IMG/VR virus record: IMGVR_UViG_2917398303_000002
Span: 1-40,825 of that record
Length of the DNA stretch: 40,825 bases
DNA from: a virus
Lineage: Duplodnaviria; Heunggongvirae; Uroviricota; Caudoviricetes
Reading direction: 5' to 3' (one strand)
In this document: positions 11,490 to 23,739 of the stretch, one piece after another
Position numbering within the stretch: position 1 is the stretch's first letter
How the letters are laid out: every line of letters begins with the position of its first letter
Translations under genes and position numbers: made by a program
Notes under the pieces: generated by a model
Told to the model about the DNA's origin: nothing
What the model saw: only the letters and a program-made list of their open reading frames with translations
Databases searched by the model: none

Positions 11490-12190
11490 TAGTTTATTAA
11501 ACCATGTGTTCGCAGTGCGTTTTCAAGGGCAAGTATTCGTTGTCTAGCCTGAATCAAACCAGTGGCTATATCATCTACTTCTGCCCGAACGTAGGTTGTT
11601 GAAAGAGGATACGGTTGATTTGCAGTAAACGCGCTTGTTAGCGGGGTTCCTGTGCCGGCAGTCCAACCGTTTTGCCTTGCACCGACCACCTTTACCCCTC
11701 CAACTGAGTATGATGTAGTCACATTGAGAGGCGATGATAGTGATTGTTGACTTACTTCAGTCTTGGAAACGTAGTCCAAACTGAGATTACCAACATCGTT
11801 TTCAACAGATGTCACTCTTCCATCAAGAGATGAAATTTCAGATTGAATGTTGAGAACTTCACCTTCAACTGTGGTTATTCTCACACCTAAATCAGCAATT
11901 GCCGCTGTATTTCCGGTAATTCTTACTTCATGACCATCAACTTCAATGCGCAGTTGTTTAATTCGTAGTTCATGGTCTGCAAGTTCATCGTCCTGCTGTT
12001 CATTCCTGACCTGCGCTTCATAAGCTCCCTGACCTGCTTCGTTAGCTTTGTTTGCTACGTTACCAACGTCTGTACCCTGTGCGATAACATACAGCAGGTA
12101 TGACTGAGAGAAGATGTCGCGCGGAAGAATTGACGTGTCGAGCCGCGTCGCCTGCACAATAACAGGGGTGTTGAGATTTAAATCAGCCAT
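11489..12190 (-). CDS. Tail needle (cell-puncturing) protein, P22 gp26-like
   Basis: 233 aa; N-terminus [43 protein letters not shown] and C-terminus ...[13 protein letters not shown] match P22 gp26 as recalled; central coiled-coil heptads. Confidence 0.85.
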   Translation of the reverse strand: MADLNLNTPVIVQATRLDTSILPRDIFSQSYLLYVIAQGTDVGNVANKANEAGQGAYEAQVRNEQQDDELADHELRIKQLRIEVDGHEVRITGNTAAIADLGVRITTVEGEVLNIQSEISSLDGRVTSVENDVGNLSLDYVSKTEVSQQSLSSPLNVTTSYSVGGVKVVGARQNGWTAGTGTPLTSAFTANQPYPLSTTYVRAEVDDIATGLIQARQRILALENALRTHGLIN

Positions 12191-13608
12191 TACTCAATCC
12201 TTACCTGGCAACCAGACAAAGTGACAGGTGACTTCGTGATAACGCGCAATTTGAAGCCGACATTTTTCCTGATGCGCCCGACTCGCTTCCACAAAACGCG
12301 TTTGTCGTAAACGAACGGTTCATTCTGCTCAATCATCTGCTCACGACCGTAATTGATGCCGTCAGTGGTTGCAGAGAGGAACAGGCGGTCAGCGTACTGA
12401 GCGACACCCGTCGATGATTCAACTTCCAGATCGAAGCATCTGCCGTTATCCGCTTTGAACAACGGAGTAAACAACAGGTGTTCCTGTTGCTTGTCGTACT
12501 GGCTGCTGATATCGAACTGCAATTTGCCGATAACCGATTCCAGCTTATCTCCGCACGTTATCTGATTGCCTTCGTAAATGAAGTCGATAGCGCGGTACAC
12601 ATCGTCATACAGGCCTGTTTTCAGCACACACCATTGCGGACCATTGGCGCTTGAAGATGCGTCGTACACGAGAACATGGCGCGGAAGGTGGATAATCAGC
12701 AACTCATGAGCATCAAAGCGCAACGATTCCATCACGCCATCAGCCAGTTCATCAGCAGTGTAGGAGCGGAGGATTTTCTCAATGCTCGCGCTGGCGATTG
12801 GTGATACCTGACCGGAACCGATGATGTATACAGACGGCGCACCTGTTGCCGGATTGCTGATGAACGCATAAGAATCAGCGAATGGCGTTTTGCAGTAAGT
12901 CCCGGCAATGCCTTTCTGCACCATCAGTGATGGCTGTGCGACATACAAAGCGGCACCAACGGTGTTTGCCCCCGTCAGGGAGAAATATTCAATCGTCGAT
13001 GAACCAAAGCAGACGATGAAGTCTCGCCATGTTCCGATGCCGATGATGCCGTCAGGCTGAGACTCAGCACGATATTGTGCGCTGTATCGGTCAGGATGTG
13101 ATTCGTCTTCAAGGTCAGTGATAAACCATGAATCAGTGCCGTCTTTTGACCACGCATAACGCCCACGTAAGCGTGTAATGTCGCGGACTGAGCCTAACTC
13201 ATACTGAGTGAATCCGCTATCAGTAGGCCAGTTTGAGACGGTTTTAACCGTGCCATCATAGCGATACTCTACCAGTTGACCATTAACGCCTACCGCCTGT
13301 GATGTCCGACCATGAGCCATTGATACGCGACCACTTCCGGCAACATTACCGACTTCACTTTCTCCTTTGTACAGCTTGCCACCACACACACGATAAACAG
13401 CATTCTGCGCCATGTTGTATTCAACGCCGCGAGATACACCGTTCACATCAGAACGTTTGGCAATGCCCGGGAATGAGCGAAGATATCCGCTGCTGTTCAG
13501 GATTTCTTTGGGTGTAGCCAGCATATTCACTGGCAGATAGTCGATATAGTCGGCGTTTCGGAAGTCTTTGCCGACACCTTTCATAAGCGGAAGTTGCTGA
13601 ATCGGCAT
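12190..13608 (-). CDS. Tail hub/head completion protein, P22 gp10-like
   Basis: 472 aa, synteny between gp4 and gp26. Confidence 0.8.
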   Translation of the reverse strand: MPIQQLPLMKGVGKDFRNADYIDYLPVNMLATPKEILNSSGYLRSFPGIAKRSDVNGVSRGVEYNMAQNAVYRVCGGKLYKGESEVGNVAGSGRVSMAHGRTSQAVGVNGQLVEYRYDGTVKTVSNWPTDSGFTQYELGSVRDITRLRGRYAWSKDGTDSWFITDLEDESHPDRYSAQYRAESQPDGIIGIGTWRDFIVCFGSSTIEYFSLTGANTVGAALYVAQPSLMVQKGIAGTYCKTPFADSYAFISNPATGAPSVYIIGSGQVSPIASASIEKILRSYTADELADGVMESLRFDAHELLIIHLPRHVLVYDASSSANGPQWCVLKTGLYDDVYRAIDFIYEGNQITCGDKLESVIGKLQFDISSQYDKQQEHLLFTPLFKADNGRCFDLEVESSTGVAQYADRLFLSATTDGINYGREQMIEQNEPFVYDKRVLWKRVGRIRKNVGFKLRVITKSPVTLSGCQVRIE

Positions 13609-14086
13609 TTATTCGCTCCCGTTATCGCAAGGTTCCTTCCGGTGGAAGTAATTCCAACCGTTCCACTTCGCCAACTGGTTACCACTACCAACAGGCATAC
13701 GGTTTGGATAACCGGACTTACATTTTGCGGCTTTTGCTCTGTCCATTGCAGACAGTTTGACGAGTCGCTCTTTCCCGTATCTGGCAGTGGTTATAAGTTT
13801 TGCAGACGCTTCCAGCGCATAATCCGGAGCAATGCGGCAGGCAAGGTTGAAAATGACGGCATTGATAGCGTTATTTGATAAACCGTGTTCATCGCCAGGA
13901 TCTGGAGCGACATCTGCATCAGCGAAAATGTAGCCAACGTTGATACCTGGTGACGCATTACCGCCAAGCCATTCAGCCATCATCATTTCAAGGTCGTTGA
14001 CGCCGTCTTCCATAGACTGCGGTTCGACATCGGTTAACGTGGCATTTGATGCCACACCGAGCTTACGTAATGCCGCAAGGACTAAA

Positions 14087-14109
<23 letters not shown>
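13609..14109 (-). CDS. Tail adaptor/head completion protein, P22 gp4-like; start placed at internal Met ([10 protein letters not shown]), giving 166 aa
   Basis: [28 protein letters not shown]...[27 protein letters not shown] resembles P22 gp4 as recalled; upstream in-frame extension is only the (SQ)n translation of the hexamer repeat. Confidence 0.75.
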
Positions 14110-14365
<256 letters not shown>

Positions 14366-14378
14366 GCTTGTCTACAGA

Positions 14379-14401
14379 TAAAAAAGGGAGCCGAAGCTCC
14401 C
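14379..14401 (-). terminator. Rho-independent terminator immediately after the coat gene
   Basis: On the minus strand GGGAGC-TTCG-GCTCCC hairpin followed by TTTTTTAT. Confidence 0.6.
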
Positions 14402-14409
14402 TCTGGTTA

Positions 14410-15705
14410 TCACGCGGTCTGGTTAGGCAGACCAACACCAATTGCCTCTGGTCGTACAGCACATGCTGAATACCACACAGCAATACGGCACTTACCAGAC
14501 AGAGTGTTGATATCACCCTGCGTTGCGAAGATGCCGTTAACACCAATACCAGGAATGCTGAAGGAAGACGTTTTCATGCCAGCAAACAGTTCATGGGTTA
14601 CCGGGATCGGCTGAGACAGCAGGCGGATTAAGTCATCAGCCCAGAACACGTTAGCGGTGGTTGTTGCCACGTTCAGAACGTTCACCGGAGTGGTATCAGC
14701 AAGAGAGGTGTTTACATTAGCGTAAGCCTTCTCTTCTTTTGTCAGTGACGCGTCATCCAGTGCAATCGGCTTCGGCGTGATTTCGATGTGAGTACCATCG
14801 ATCACACAGGTGATTGAGAAAGTCGCATCATCAGTCAGCACGTTCTTCGCCATCTGAGACAGGAATTTCACACCAGTGAAGCTGATTTTGTCGCCGCGCT
14901 TAAATCCGGTGGTGGAGGATACAGTCACCGTTGCAACACGGTTGTCGACGTTCTCTTTGTTACCATCGGTATCAAGGGTGTATGCCTGCGGCTTAAACTT
15001 CTGCGCACCAGACACAGTTACGCCAGTAGCGGTTGACTTGGTAACTGCCGGAAGTTTCGGTGAGCGAAGAATTTCATCAAAGCCAGCAATCTGACGCTGA
15101 ATAGTACCGTTGCGATACGCTTCTTCAGGAACGCGCCCAAAGATGTCACCATCTACCAGGTTGCGGCCTGCTTTGCGGTAATCGTCAGGGTTCAGGAAGT
15201 AACTGATGCCCATATCGCGGTTTAGCTCACGGGAGAACATCAGGCGCTCTGCATCAGACACAAAATCCCAGCCAGACAGGCCAGTAGATGGACCAATTGC
15301 GCGGGTATCGTGGACAACAAGCGAGCCCATTTCAGTTGCCTGTTTGGCAATCGCTGACTCAATGTTATTCGCCAGTTTTTTGGCGGATGCCTGGATGCGG
15401 CGACGGTAAGAACGCTCATCACGCAGGTCATCTGCACGAAGCTCGAAGAAATCGTTATCCGGATCGCCCATGTTGCATTTCACGGAGAGTTCCAGAATCC
15501 CGGTTGCGTTGCCAGTTAAATCCCAGCCAGTCTGGGTTGGCGCTTCCTGCTCAACAGGCATCCACACGGTGTTGCTTGAACGCTGCATGGATTCTGCCGG
15601 AGGGGTGTATTTTGTCACTTTGGACGCCATTGGCGTCAGGTTCTGGACGGTTTCGATGATTTCATCCAGAGCATACGTGACCAGTTGACCTTCATTTAAT
15701 GCCAT
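14410..15705 (-). CDS. Major capsid (coat) protein, P22 gp5-like
   Basis: 431 aa, follows scaffold gene with 1-bp overlap; synteny terminase-portal-scaffold-coat. Confidence 0.85.
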   Translation of the reverse strand: MALNEGQLVTYALDEIIETVQNLTPMASKVTKYTPPAESMQRSSNTVWMPVEQEAPTQTGWDLTGNATGILELSVKCNMGDPDNDFFELRADDLRDERSYRRRIQASAKKLANNIESAIAKQATEMGSLVVHDTRAIGPSTGLSGWDFVSDAERLMFSRELNRDMGISYFLNPDDYRKAGRNLVDGDIFGRVPEEAYRNGTIQRQIAGFDEILRSPKLPAVTKSTATGVTVSGAQKFKPQAYTLDTDGNKENVDNRVATVTVSSTTGFKRGDKISFTGVKFLSQMAKNVLTDDATFSITCVIDGTHIEITPKPIALDDASLTKEEKAYANVNTSLADTTPVNVLNVATTTANVFWADDLIRLLSQPIPVTHELFAGMKTSSFSIPGIGVNGIFATQGDINTLSGKCRIAVWYSACAVRPEAIGVGLPNQTA

Positions 15706-16616
15706 TATCGAATTCCTTTATTCAGTTGCGCCTTGAGCTTGCGGTACGTCTCTACATCCCCTTTGTTTGCTGCCGCTTCCATCTGCTTTTCAATCGCAGA
15801 GATATTTGCAACAACAGCGTGTCCCTGAATGGGTTCATCAGGTAGCGGGGCTTCTGAAACAGGTTTGGCTCGAGGCTTGAGAGTTAAACGTTCTGACAGT
15901 CGAGTGAGTTCAATCAGCGCGGATTGCCCGTCCATCGCCAGCAACTGGCGTGTTTTCTCAGGATTAGCACCAAGGTGATACATGAGAGCAGCGGATTTCT
16001 CCGGGAAGAGACGCATGATATCGGCACCGACTGCTGGCGGCACCAGTTGCATGAATGCATCCTCTTTCTCCTGATAGTCAGGGATGTTGAGCTTTTCCGC
16101 TGCGTCGTAGTGCTTACGGGCTGCCTCGACGTATTGCGCTGATTGCTGGGTGAACTCCTGAGTTTTGCGACCCTGCTCGGCGACAGCCTGGCTTCGTGCG
16201 TCCATAGCCTTGATCTGCCATTCACTGTTTGCCTGCTGGAAGGCAGCCAGTGCGCGGCTCTGGTCATAGTCGTACTTAGCCAGTGCATCTTCGGAAAGAT
16301 AATCGTTAGGGTCTGGTTGTTTTGGTAACTCAGGGTTCACCCGCAGGTGCTCCGGCAACTCTCCACGCTTAACCGCTTCCATCTGCTGCTCAAGCTCACG
16401 CTGGCGTTTGCGTTCGATGCGGCGACGGGCAAATTCAGCATTAGTTGCCGGGTCTTGTTTTGGTTTCTCATCGTCTTTCAGGACAATCTCGAAGCCTTCT
16501 TCCTGACCTGCGTTGTCGTTGGCATTATCGACAACTAAGCCATCAGCAGATGCCGCTGCATGATTGCCGGGCAGGGTTAATTCTTCAGAAGCCTGAATGT
16601 CGGTGGTTTGGTCCAT
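15705..16616 (-). CDS. Scaffolding protein, P22 gp8-like
   Basis: 303 aa, highly charged alpha-helical composition, between portal and coat. Confidence 0.8.
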   Translation of the reverse strand: MDQTTDIQASEELTLPGNHAAASADGLVVDNANDNAGQEEGFEIVLKDDEKPKQDPATNAEFARRRIERKRQRELEQQMEAVKRGELPEHLRVNPELPKQPDPNDYLSEDALAKYDYDQSRALAAFQQANSEWQIKAMDARSQAVAEQGRKTQEFTQQSAQYVEAARKHYDAAEKLNIPDYQEKEDAFMQLVPPAVGADIMRLFPEKSAALMYHLGANPEKTRQLLAMDGQSALIELTRLSERLTLKPRAKPVSEAPLPDEPIQGHAVVANISAIEKQMEAAANKGDVETYRKLKAQLNKGIR

Positions 16617-16629
16617 GATTAACTCTCTC

Positions 16630-18795
16630 TTATTGAGGTGTCTCGGCTACTCCGCCGGAGGGGATTTGAACTTGACGCATAAGATTCGCGAAATCTAGGC
16701 GTTGTGAATGAGTCTGGTCTGCATCTTTAAGAAGCAGCTCAGCGTTAGCACGAGCATCTTTGCTGCGCTGTTGCTGGAATTGACCTACGAGCTTGAGGTA
16801 CTCACGCAGTTCTGCCTGCTTGTCGAGGTCCATATTGTTTAAGATTTCTGCAATCTTCGCGGCGTTGAGTTGGTTTTGGGCTTCAACCTTGGCGGCTTCA
16901 ACCTGAATCTGCGCCTGTTGGTTCTCTGCCTTGAGCAATTCAGCCTGACCTTGCAGAAGGATACCCTGCGCCTGAATTTGCTCTGCTGATGGCTGCTGCG
17001 GCTGTTGTTGTGCCTGCTGTACCATCTCCATCTCTTCAGGTGTTTCTGGTTTCTTCAGCCCCATCATCACCAGTTGCTTGTTCGCGTACTCTCGCATCAT
17101 CTCGACGCCTTTACCGTCAAGCAGCGTGAAGTATTGCAGCATCAGCATCTGGAACTCTGGAGTACCTTGCGGAACCTTGGTTAGTAACTCCTGAATCTCT
17201 GCGCGGTTCTGTTCCTTCATGCTCTGGAAGGATGGCCCAACGTCCGTATAGCACTCATAGCGACCACGAATGTCGTTGAGTGTGACCACATTGCCGGACT
17301 GGTAATCGACAACTTGCGCATAGAGTTGAACGTCTTTCTCGCTTCCATCTTCAAGTGTCAGCGTTACATGACGAGGAACGTCATAAATATCGTTGACCAT
17401 TGAGGCATAAATCTCGCCATCACGTCGCATTGCGGTAGCCAGATTATCCTGGAACACGTATGTCTCAAGGTCTGCCCGCATGTTCAGTTGATTGACGGTA
17501 TCGAAAGCGACCTGAGAGTTTGCTGCCTGCGCATCCACACCAAGACTAGCCACCTCTTTCACTGCGTTGGTGGCAGCCTCAAGCATGTAAGCGTTGGCTT
17601 GCGGCACTTCAGGGTTTTCCATGTAGGAGATTGGACCAATCGGCAGGTCGTTACCGTTTTCATCGGTCTTGTTCTGCAAATAGTACGGATAGTCATCATT
17701 TCCACCGTACATGTATTCGTAGCCTTCGATTTGCTCAGGGAAGAAGGTCGGTTTCTTCTTCGGTGAACGAGCAACAATATCGGCGTTGAATGACATGATC
17801 ATGTTACGAAGGCGTTGACCGTCTTTCGTCAGCCTTACTACACCTTCGTAGCACTCCTTGTCACCAGCGAATGACCATTCGCCATACACTGGAACGATTG
17901 GGATATGCTCTCCAGCTATCTTCTCGCGGTCTTTCAGTATCTGCGTGCAGGTGATGATCGACTTATACACACGCCGACGCTTGACCTTACGCTCTGCTAC
18001 CTTAATGAATCCACGATTAGCCAGGTCGTCAATGACGTCTTTGATATCCTGCTGGTAATAGCTGACCGGCTCACCTGTCAGCGGGTCGCGGTAGATGAAG
18101 ACCTTCTCTTTCTTCTCTTCGACCTCGTAATACTCAGCGACGTAGACGACATCATTCGATACCCACGGAAACAGCCATGTATCGTTCGGATTCTGGAAAG
18201 ATGGCAAGGTGTCCGGATCAATACCGTAATCCTCTGCGAACTCTTTCCAGCCATTGCGTGACAAGGCGTTAATCACCGTGCAGTGCTTAGCGTCGCTCTT
18301 ATCCATCTGCTTGCTGTTTGCGTCCCATATGACGTGTGAGCAGGCTTCATGGATTGGCAGGCGTCGAATTACCTGATTGTTGCTTGTTGGGTCGTTGTCT
18401 TCGTACTGTGTGACCAGACGCCATGCACCAACGCCGGACTCTATCTGCTCACGAACGCCAACGTTAACGGCAATTTTTGCCGTGTTATGGCGCATATCAG
18501 TACGATACATCCCCATCAACACATCGGCAGCATCAGGATTAGCGCCGTCTTTTGGTCGAAAGAGAACGTCGATAGGATTCCGGCGCATCTCTGCGACCAG
18601 CTTCCTGACCACCGGGCGGACTACATCGAATTGTCCGCGATATTGCAGGGTCGTGTAGTTTGATAGCCAGTCATCCCATTGCGACACTCGGCTAAAATAC
18701 AGGTCATTTGTCGCCTCGGTTCTGGCTTCATCGCTCGCCATCCAGTCCGCGTCAAACTTGCACAGAATGGAATTGAGTCTGTTTTCGTCGGCCAT
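16630..18795 (-). CDS. Portal protein, P22 gp1-like
   Basis: 721 aa; N-terminus [18 protein letters not shown]...[12 protein letters not shown] and C-terminal Q-rich barrel region match P22 portal as recalled. Confidence 0.9.
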   Translation of the reverse strand: MADENRLNSILCKFDADWMASDEARTEATNDLYFSRVSQWDDWLSNYTTLQYRGQFDVVRPVVRKLVAEMRRNPIDVLFRPKDGANPDAADVLMGMYRTDMRHNTAKIAVNVGVREQIESGVGAWRLVTQYEDNDPTSNNQVIRRLPIHEACSHVIWDANSKQMDKSDAKHCTVINALSRNGWKEFAEDYGIDPDTLPSFQNPNDTWLFPWVSNDVVYVAEYYEVEEKKEKVFIYRDPLTGEPVSYYQQDIKDVIDDLANRGFIKVAERKVKRRRVYKSIITCTQILKDREKIAGEHIPIVPVYGEWSFAGDKECYEGVVRLTKDGQRLRNMIMSFNADIVARSPKKKPTFFPEQIEGYEYMYGGNDDYPYYLQNKTDENGNDLPIGPISYMENPEVPQANAYMLEAATNAVKEVASLGVDAQAANSQVAFDTVNQLNMRADLETYVFQDNLATAMRRDGEIYASMVNDIYDVPRHVTLTLEDGSEKDVQLYAQVVDYQSGNVVTLNDIRGRYECYTDVGPSFQSMKEQNRAEIQELLTKVPQGTPEFQMLMLQYFTLLDGKGVEMMREYANKQLVMMGLKKPETPEEMEMVQQAQQQPQQPSAEQIQAQGILLQGQAELLKAENQQAQIQVEAAKVEAQNQLNAAKIAEILNNMDLDKQAELREYLKLVGQFQQQRSKDARANAELLLKDADQTHSQRLDFANLMRQVQIPSGGVAETPQ

Positions 18796-20295
18796 TTAAG
18801 TTCTCCGTGCGATGGGCCTGATTGGGGCTGGTATCTTTTTCTCTTTTGGTTTTTTGATGTCGCGCATCATTTTGGCGAAGCGGCGCATCATGTATGCATA
18901 GCGAACGGCGGAGAGCACGTCGTCGTTAAGCTTGACGATTTTCCCGTTTTCATCACGGTGATAGAGGCGGAACTCTTCAAAAAATGGCTCACAGGTGTTG
19001 AATACTTTGAAGCGACCATCGAGCATCATGTCGCGCAATTCAGTGATGCCAGGCTCAACAGCATTACCGTCATCAGGCCATGTCGCATGCTCCTGCAACA
19101 TCATAAAACCAGCGTCCGCGTACTGCCCTTTAAGCTGCTCACCGCCGCCCTTCTCATGCTGGTTTCCGTCATGAGGCCATGCGGTTGGCACTTTATGCGC
19201 CCATGACTTAACGGCTCCCCAAGCCTGAACGGCTGTCTTTTCTTTCGCCTTCCACACGCGTGAAAGGTAGATTATGTCTGCATCCTTATCCCACCAAAGC
19301 TGAACCTGCGCCTGTGGGTGATCCCATCCGAAATCCATCCCGTTAATTACGTAGAAGTGATCAGGACACTCGAACGGCTGACACTTAATCGTCTCTTCCG
19401 GTATCTGGAAGATTCGACCGCTACCCATCGTGGGAATACCGCGAGCACGCGCCTCTCTCTCATGCTCGGGATAGGATGCGATGATTTGCTCTTTCTGCTC
19501 GTCGGTGTAGTGCTCAGCGTCGTAGATGGTCATGTTGACCACTTTCTGCGACTTGCTGGGATTCTTCAGGAACTTGGTAACAACGTCAGACATCCCCATC
19601 AGCGGGGTAAACGTCAGAATTGAGAATTGACCGTATTTGTTGGTACGGGTAAGGCCTTCGCCATAAATGCTGTATGGTGGTTCTTCGTCAAACCAGACGC
19701 CATGGATTGTGTCACCCTGCCAGCGGGCGCGGCCTTGCGAGTATGGCTTGAAGTAGCAGATTGAAATGCCATCTTCAACCCCATCAGCCGTGTGATGCTT
19801 AACCAGAAGATGATCAACAAGGTTCGGAAAGAAAGGAGACTTCTTCCAGCTAATGATGTCTTCTTTCGGTATGGAACCGTAGCCAGGTTCACCATTCTCT
19901 TCGATACGACCGCACAGGATGCGTTGAGTCGTTTTGGTTACAGTCTCGTTTGTCTCGCCACCAATCCAGAAGACAACAGGCTCATAGAAACGCTTACCTT
20001 TCCACTCACCGCCATATTTACCATCAGCAGGATAGCCTTTTGTGCCCGGATAACGCCCGGTAAGGTGAAACGCGACTTCAGCAGCACCAGTAAATGACTT
20101 ACCAAGCTGGTTACCAGCCATAAAACATCGCTCTGGATAGTCATGCCCGGCGTCGATGAACTCACGCTGTTTGCTGTATGGCGTAAATTCATATAGCAGG
20201 TGTGTGTTCCGGTAGTTCTCTTCTTCTTCGAGTAGCTCGAGCAATTCGATTTGCTCTTCGTCGCTCAGGTTATCAAGAATCGCGTCCAGTTCCAC
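18796..20295 (-). CDS. Terminase large subunit, P22 gp2-like
   Basis: 499 aa; Walker A-like [13 protein letters not shown]; directly after small terminase. Confidence 0.9.
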   Translation of the reverse strand: MELDAILDNLSDEEQIELLELLEEEENYRNTHLLYEFTPYSKQREFIDAGHDYPERCFMAGNQLGKSFTGAAEVAFHLTGRYPGTKGYPADGKYGGEWKGKRFYEPVVFWIGGETNETVTKTTQRILCGRIEENGEPGYGSIPKEDIISWKKSPFFPNLVDHLLVKHHTADGVEDGISICYFKPYSQGRARWQGDTIHGVWFDEEPPYSIYGEGLTRTNKYGQFSILTFTPLMGMSDVVTKFLKNPSKSQKVVNMTIYDAEHYTDEQKEQIIASYPEHEREARARGIPTMGSGRIFQIPEETIKCQPFECPDHFYVINGMDFGWDHPQAQVQLWWDKDADIIYLSRVWKAKEKTAVQAWGAVKSWAHKVPTAWPHDGNQHEKGGGEQLKGQYADAGFMMLQEHATWPDDGNAVEPGITELRDMMLDGRFKVFNTCEPFFEEFRLYHRDENGKIVKLNDDVLSAVRYAYMMRRFAKMMRDIKKPKEKKIPAPIRPIARRT

Positions 20296-20767
20296 GGTTG
20301 AATAGCTCCTTGATACGAGAGCGCCGCTTATCGCGATCTCCCTTATCAGGTGTCACGTCTTCAACTTGCGACTGCTCTTTGAGGCCCAAATCACGGGCGA
20401 TGATGTTAGCGTTGAGAAGGTCAGCGGCTGCGCCAGAGAATTTCTGGTCGTAGATGACCTGTTCTGCTCGCGTAACGACTTCAGATAAATCTTCTCGCAG
20501 GCGATATGTGCGCCATGTTTCAAGCGTCACATCAATGAACAGAGTGAGGCCGGTAATAGTCATCGCTCGCATCTTGGCGATAGGCTCTTGTATCACTTCA
20601 CCCTGATACGAGAACGCCTTCATCTCCCATAGCGGGTTAGCTTCTACCCACTCGAAGTATTCACAACAAGCAGCCCACAGCGCCTCAGGCGATTCGAATT
20701 TAGGGTTTCGCCCATGACTACTGCGGGCCTCCCAAAATCGGTTGCCCTTTGGTGCCGCCATATTCAT
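20273..20767 (-). CDS. Terminase small subunit, P22 gp3-like (true start may be the second Met)
   Basis: [19 protein letters not shown]... matches P22 gp3 as recalled; contains pac-like site in codons for EDLSEVV. Confidence 0.85.
   Translation of the reverse strand: MNMAAPKGNRFWEARSSHGRNPKFESPEALWAACCEYFEWVEANPLWEMKAFSYQGEVIQEPIAKMRAMTITGLTLFIDVTLETWRTYRLREDLSEVVTRAEQVIYDQKFSGAAADLLNANIIARDLGLKEQSQVEDVTPDKGDRDKRRSRIKELFNRGTGRDS
20473..20494 (-). other. pac site candidate for headful packaging initiation (within small terminase gene)
   Basis: Minus-strand sequence GAAGATTTATCTGAAGTCGTTA resembles the 22-bp P22 pac sequence as recalled from memory. Confidence 0.55.
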
Positions 20768-20784
20768 CTCACTTAGTTGTTATT

Positions 20785-20964
20785 TCAGGCTGATGACTCT
20801 TTCGCGCTTTCAATCAGTGACTGCTTCAGCAATTCGAGTGTACCAATCGCCTCGCATAAACTGATTTCACCATCGTAATCATGGATGACGCTTTCCAGCC
20901 GCTCGTATAGCTCTTGAGTAATTGGGAATTTCTTCTCCTTACCCAAATTGATTACGCGGCTCAC
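20785..20964 (-). CDS. Small hypothetical protein (59 aa, GTG start) upstream of small terminase
   Basis: ORF not in supplied track; GGAG 5 nt upstream of GTG; tightly packed between 80-aa ORF and terminase. Confidence 0.3.
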   Translation of the reverse strand: MSRVINLGKEKKFPITQELYERLESVIHDYDGEISLCEAIGTLELLKQSLIESAKESSA

Positions 20965-20965
20965 A

Positions 20966-21208
20966 TCATGCTCCGGTAGTGAACAGGTCTAACGCTTCCT
21001 TCGATTTACGCACCGCTTCAAATGTGCGGATCGTGATATCCGAATTAGCGCCGCCTGACTGGAAGTGAATTTTGAATAGCTCAAGCTTCAGTTCGTCAGT
21101 GCCAATGAACTGAAATGCTTCTTCTGCGGCTGCGTTCTGGTTCATGACCAGTTTGTAAATCTCTGACTGGAATTTCTGTTCTTCAGTCATGGGAGTAATC
21201 TCTGCCAT
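20966..21208 (-). CDS. Hypothetical protein (80 aa)
   Basis: ORF in late-gene orientation between KilA-N and terminase. Confidence 0.45.
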   Translation of the reverse strand: MAEITPMTEEQKFQSEIYKLVMNQNAAAEEAFQFIGTDELKLELFKIHFQSGGANSDITIRTFEAVRKSKEALDLFTTGA

Positions 21209-21464
21209 TGTTGGCTCCGTTTATCCGTCAAAAGGGATATCAGTTAAGTTATCCCGTGTAGGGTATAAGCCATTGTCGAGACCACTCATTGAATGGCCTC
21301 TGCAATAACCGATGTCTTTCCATCAGTCCGCCACCACAAAGAATCTTTTTTGCCTTAAGGCTGGAGGTTCATCTTTCAGTGGCTGCCAGTGTTATTTCCC
21401 CACTTACTGGCTTGGGTTGTTTCGCTGTACTGCCGTAATGCAAAAACTGGCTTAACCTGCGAAA

Positions 21465-21995
21465 TCACACCATTCCGGGCAAATACATTTGCACTTCATT
21501 TGCCGCTCTCTCACGTGCAACATGAAGCAATCTTTTTCGCCCACCAACGCCCCACTTAGCCATTTGGCTTGCGCACTGGCTTATCGCTTTGGTTTCAGTA
21601 TTGATGATGTGATCGATTCTATTCAGACGGGACATTGCGCCAACGCCGAGACGGACGACCGTTTTGAAAACTTCATAAACTTCGATTTCAAATTCCGGCT
21701 TAATCCATGCTGCATATCTGATTGCCAAAAGTTCAACACCCCACACACCTGGTTCTGCACCACCTTTGATTATTTTAAGTGGCTGAATTTGTTCCAAAGT
21801 GCTTTTTTGCACTTTGGCTTCCAGTGCTTTTATGAAGCGTTTTATCTGCGCGCTACGCAAAAACTGGCTTGGGCGCTGTTGCTCTGTAGCCTCTCCATTT
21901 GCAACTGCTGCTGCATGGAGATCGTTTAAGTTGTAGCGTCCGTCCTCATCAACACGAACGGACACACCATTGACAATAACTGTTGGGTACTTCAT
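21465..21995 (-). CDS. KilA-N domain protein
   Basis: N-terminal ...DEDGRYNLNDLHAAA... motif characteristic of KilA-N DNA-binding domains. Confidence 0.6.
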   Translation of the reverse strand: MKYPTVIVNGVSVRVDEDGRYNLNDLHAAAVANGEATEQQRPSQFLRSAQIKRFIKALEAKVQKSTLEQIQPLKIIKGGAEPGVWGVELLAIRYAAWIKPEFEIEVYEVFKTVVRLGVGAMSRLNRIDHIINTETKAISQCASQMAKWGVGGRKRLLHVARERAANEVQMYLPGMV

Positions 21996-22142
21996 CAGTG
22001 ATTACCTTTTAGTGATGAACCTTGTCACACAGGATTCCGGCCCACAGAAAGGCACCGATCACCAAACCGGCATCCTCAAGGGTCATCCTGAAAGGTTCTG
22101 TGTTCATAAGTCGCGCGTGTGAAGCGCGTTTACTGCGGACAT

Positions 22143-22166
22143 AAAAAAAGCCCCGCATCGCGAGGC
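22143..22166 (-). terminator. Rho-independent terminator downstream of the lysis cassette
   Basis: Minus-strand hairpin GCCTCGC-GAT-GCGGGGC followed by TTTTTTTAT. Confidence 0.5.
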
Positions 22167-22199
22167 TCATTAAATTGACTTTGTGATTTGCAAAAAAAA

Positions 22200-22637
22200 T
22201 TATTTCAGGCATTGCGTCCTGATGTACTCCTGCAGGTAGTTAACCTGCGCGGTTATCCTGTCGATTCCACTTCGGAGACGGTAATAATTGAGTTCAGCAT
22301 CTGCTGTAAGTCTTGGGCTTTCTCCATCGCCCATGCTGCTGGCTCCGGTCGTTGACTTTGCACAGGTGGCGGCGACTTGCAGGCGCTTACGACCAGCAGA
22401 AACATCAGCACGGAGGCTTTCGATAGTCGCGTTAGCATCAGCAAGCTCCTTTGTGTATCTGGCGTCAAGTTCTGCTACATCACGTTGACGCTTGTGCATG
22501 TCAGCAATTGTGGATGCGGCCTTATCGCGCTGCTCTTTGTAGGCGATGGCGTTATCACGGTAATGATTGACCGCCCACGACAGACAGACGACGATGCAGA
22601 TAATCAGAGCGGAGATAATCGCGATTACTCTGCTCAT
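22200..22637 (-). CDS. Rz: Rz i-spanin
   Basis: 145 aa, N-terminal transmembrane segment then coiled-coil; follows endolysin with 4-bp overlap. Confidence 0.8.
   Translation of the reverse strand: MSRVIAIISALIICIVVCLSWAVNHYRDNAIAYKEQRDKAASTIADMHKRQRDVAELDARYTKELADANATIESLRADVSAGRKRLQVAATCAKSTTGASSMGDGESPRLTADAELNYYRLRSGIDRITAQVNYLQEYIRTQCLK
22253..22438 (-). CDS. Rz1: Rz1 o-spanin lipoprotein, embedded in +1 frame of Rz
   Basis: [20 protein letters not shown] lipobox signal followed by Pro-rich mature region, fully inside Rz. Confidence 0.65.
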   Translation of the reverse strand: MLTRLSKASVLMFLLVVSACKSPPPVQSQRPEPAAWAMEKAQDLQQMLNSIITVSEVESTG

Positions 22638-23110
22638 ACCTCAATCTCTCTGACCGTTCCGCCTGCTTCTTTGAATTTTGCAATCAGGTTGTCAGCCTTA
22701 TGCTCGAACTGACCATAACCAGCACCCGGCAACGAAGCCCAGATATTGCTGCAACGGTCGATTGCCTGACGGATGTCACCGCGATCAATCATCGGTAAAG
22801 CGCCACGCTCTTTAATCTGTTGCAGTGCCACAGCGTCCTGGTTTTTCGGAGAGAAGTCTTTCAGGCCAAGCTGCTTACGATAGGCATCCCACCAACGGGA
22901 AAGAAGCTGGTAACGTCCGGCGGCTGTTGATTTGAGTTTTGGGTTTAGCGTGACAAGTTTGCGAGGGTGATCTGAGTAATCAGTGAACAGCTCTCCGCCT
23001 ACAATGACGTCATAACCATGATTTCTGGTTTTCTGTCGTCCGTTATCAGTTCCCTCTGACCACGCCAGCATATCGAGGAACGCCTTACGTTGATTATTGA
23101 TTTCCACCAT
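22634..23110 (-). CDS. R: Endolysin, lambda R-type lytic transglycosylase
   Basis: 158 aa; [24 protein letters not shown]... near-identical to lambda R as recalled. Confidence 0.9.
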   Translation of the reverse strand: MVEINNQRKAFLDMLAWSEGTDNGRQKTRNHGYDVIVGGELFTDYSDHPRKLVTLNPKLKSTAAGRYQLLSRWWDAYRKQLGLKDFSPKNQDAVALQQIKERGALPMIDRGDIRQAIDRCSNIWASLPGAGYGQFEHKADNLIAKFKEAGGTVREIEV

Positions 23111-23113
23111 CTT

Positions 23114-23416
23114 CTACTCCGGCTTTTTAGCAGCGAAGCGTTTGATAAGCGAACCAATCGAGTCAGTACCGATGTAGCCGATGAACACGCTCGTTATATA
23201 AGCGAGATTGCTACTTAGTCCGGCGAAGTCGAGAAGGTCACGAATGAACCAGGCGATAATGGCGCACATCGTTGCGTCGATTACTGTTTTTGTAAACGCA
23301 CCGCCATTATATCTGCCGCGAAGGTACGCCATTGCAAACGCAAGGATTGCCCCGATGCCTTGTTCCTTTGCCGCGAGAATGGCGGCTAACAGGTCATGTT
23401 TTTCTGGCATCTTCAT
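23114..23416 (-). CDS. S: Holin, lambda S-type class I, with dual-start Met1-Lys2-Met3
   Basis: [34 protein letters not shown]... matches lambda S as recalled. Confidence 0.9.
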   Translation of the reverse strand: MKMPEKHDLLAAILAAKEQGIGAILAFAMAYLRGRYNGGAFTKTVIDATMCAIIAWFIRDLLDFAGLSSNLAYITSVFIGYIGTDSIGSLIKRFAAKKPE

Positions 23417-23658
23417 GTCTTACCCCCAATAAGGGGATTTGCTCTATTTAATTAGGAATAAGGTCGATTACTGATAGAACAAATCCAGGCTACTGTGTTT
23501 AGTAATCAGATTTGTTCGTGACCGATATGCACGGGTAAAACGGCATGAGGTTGTTAGCGCAACCTCCTGCCACCCGCTTTCACGAAGGTCATGTGTAGAA
23601 GGCCGCAGCATAACTATCACTGATGAATTCAGGATAGCCAGTGGCTACGGCTCAGTTA

Positions 23659-23734
23659 TGGTGCTGGTTAACGGACTTGAACCGCTACCCATTCGCTTAC
23701 AAGGCGACTGCTCTACCATTGGAGCTAAACCAGT
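23659..23734 (-). tRNA. tRNA-like gene, predicted anticodon UGU (Thr)
   Basis: Hand-folded cloverleaf: D stem GCTC/GAGC, anticodon loop CTTGTAA, T arm AGCGG-TTCAAGT-CCGTT, 3' ...AACCAGC-A-CCA; position 1-72 mismatch. Confidence 0.55.
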
Positions 23735-23739
23735 ATATT

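Noticed and set aside
23417-23658. Possible third tRNA or late promoter/terminator between the holin gene and the tRNA pair
   Set aside because: No T-loop-like motif; only a 7-bp hairpin (GAGGTTG...CAACCTC) and a 9-bp inverted repeat (GAACAAATC/GATTTGTTC) without a flanking U-run, so no confident call.
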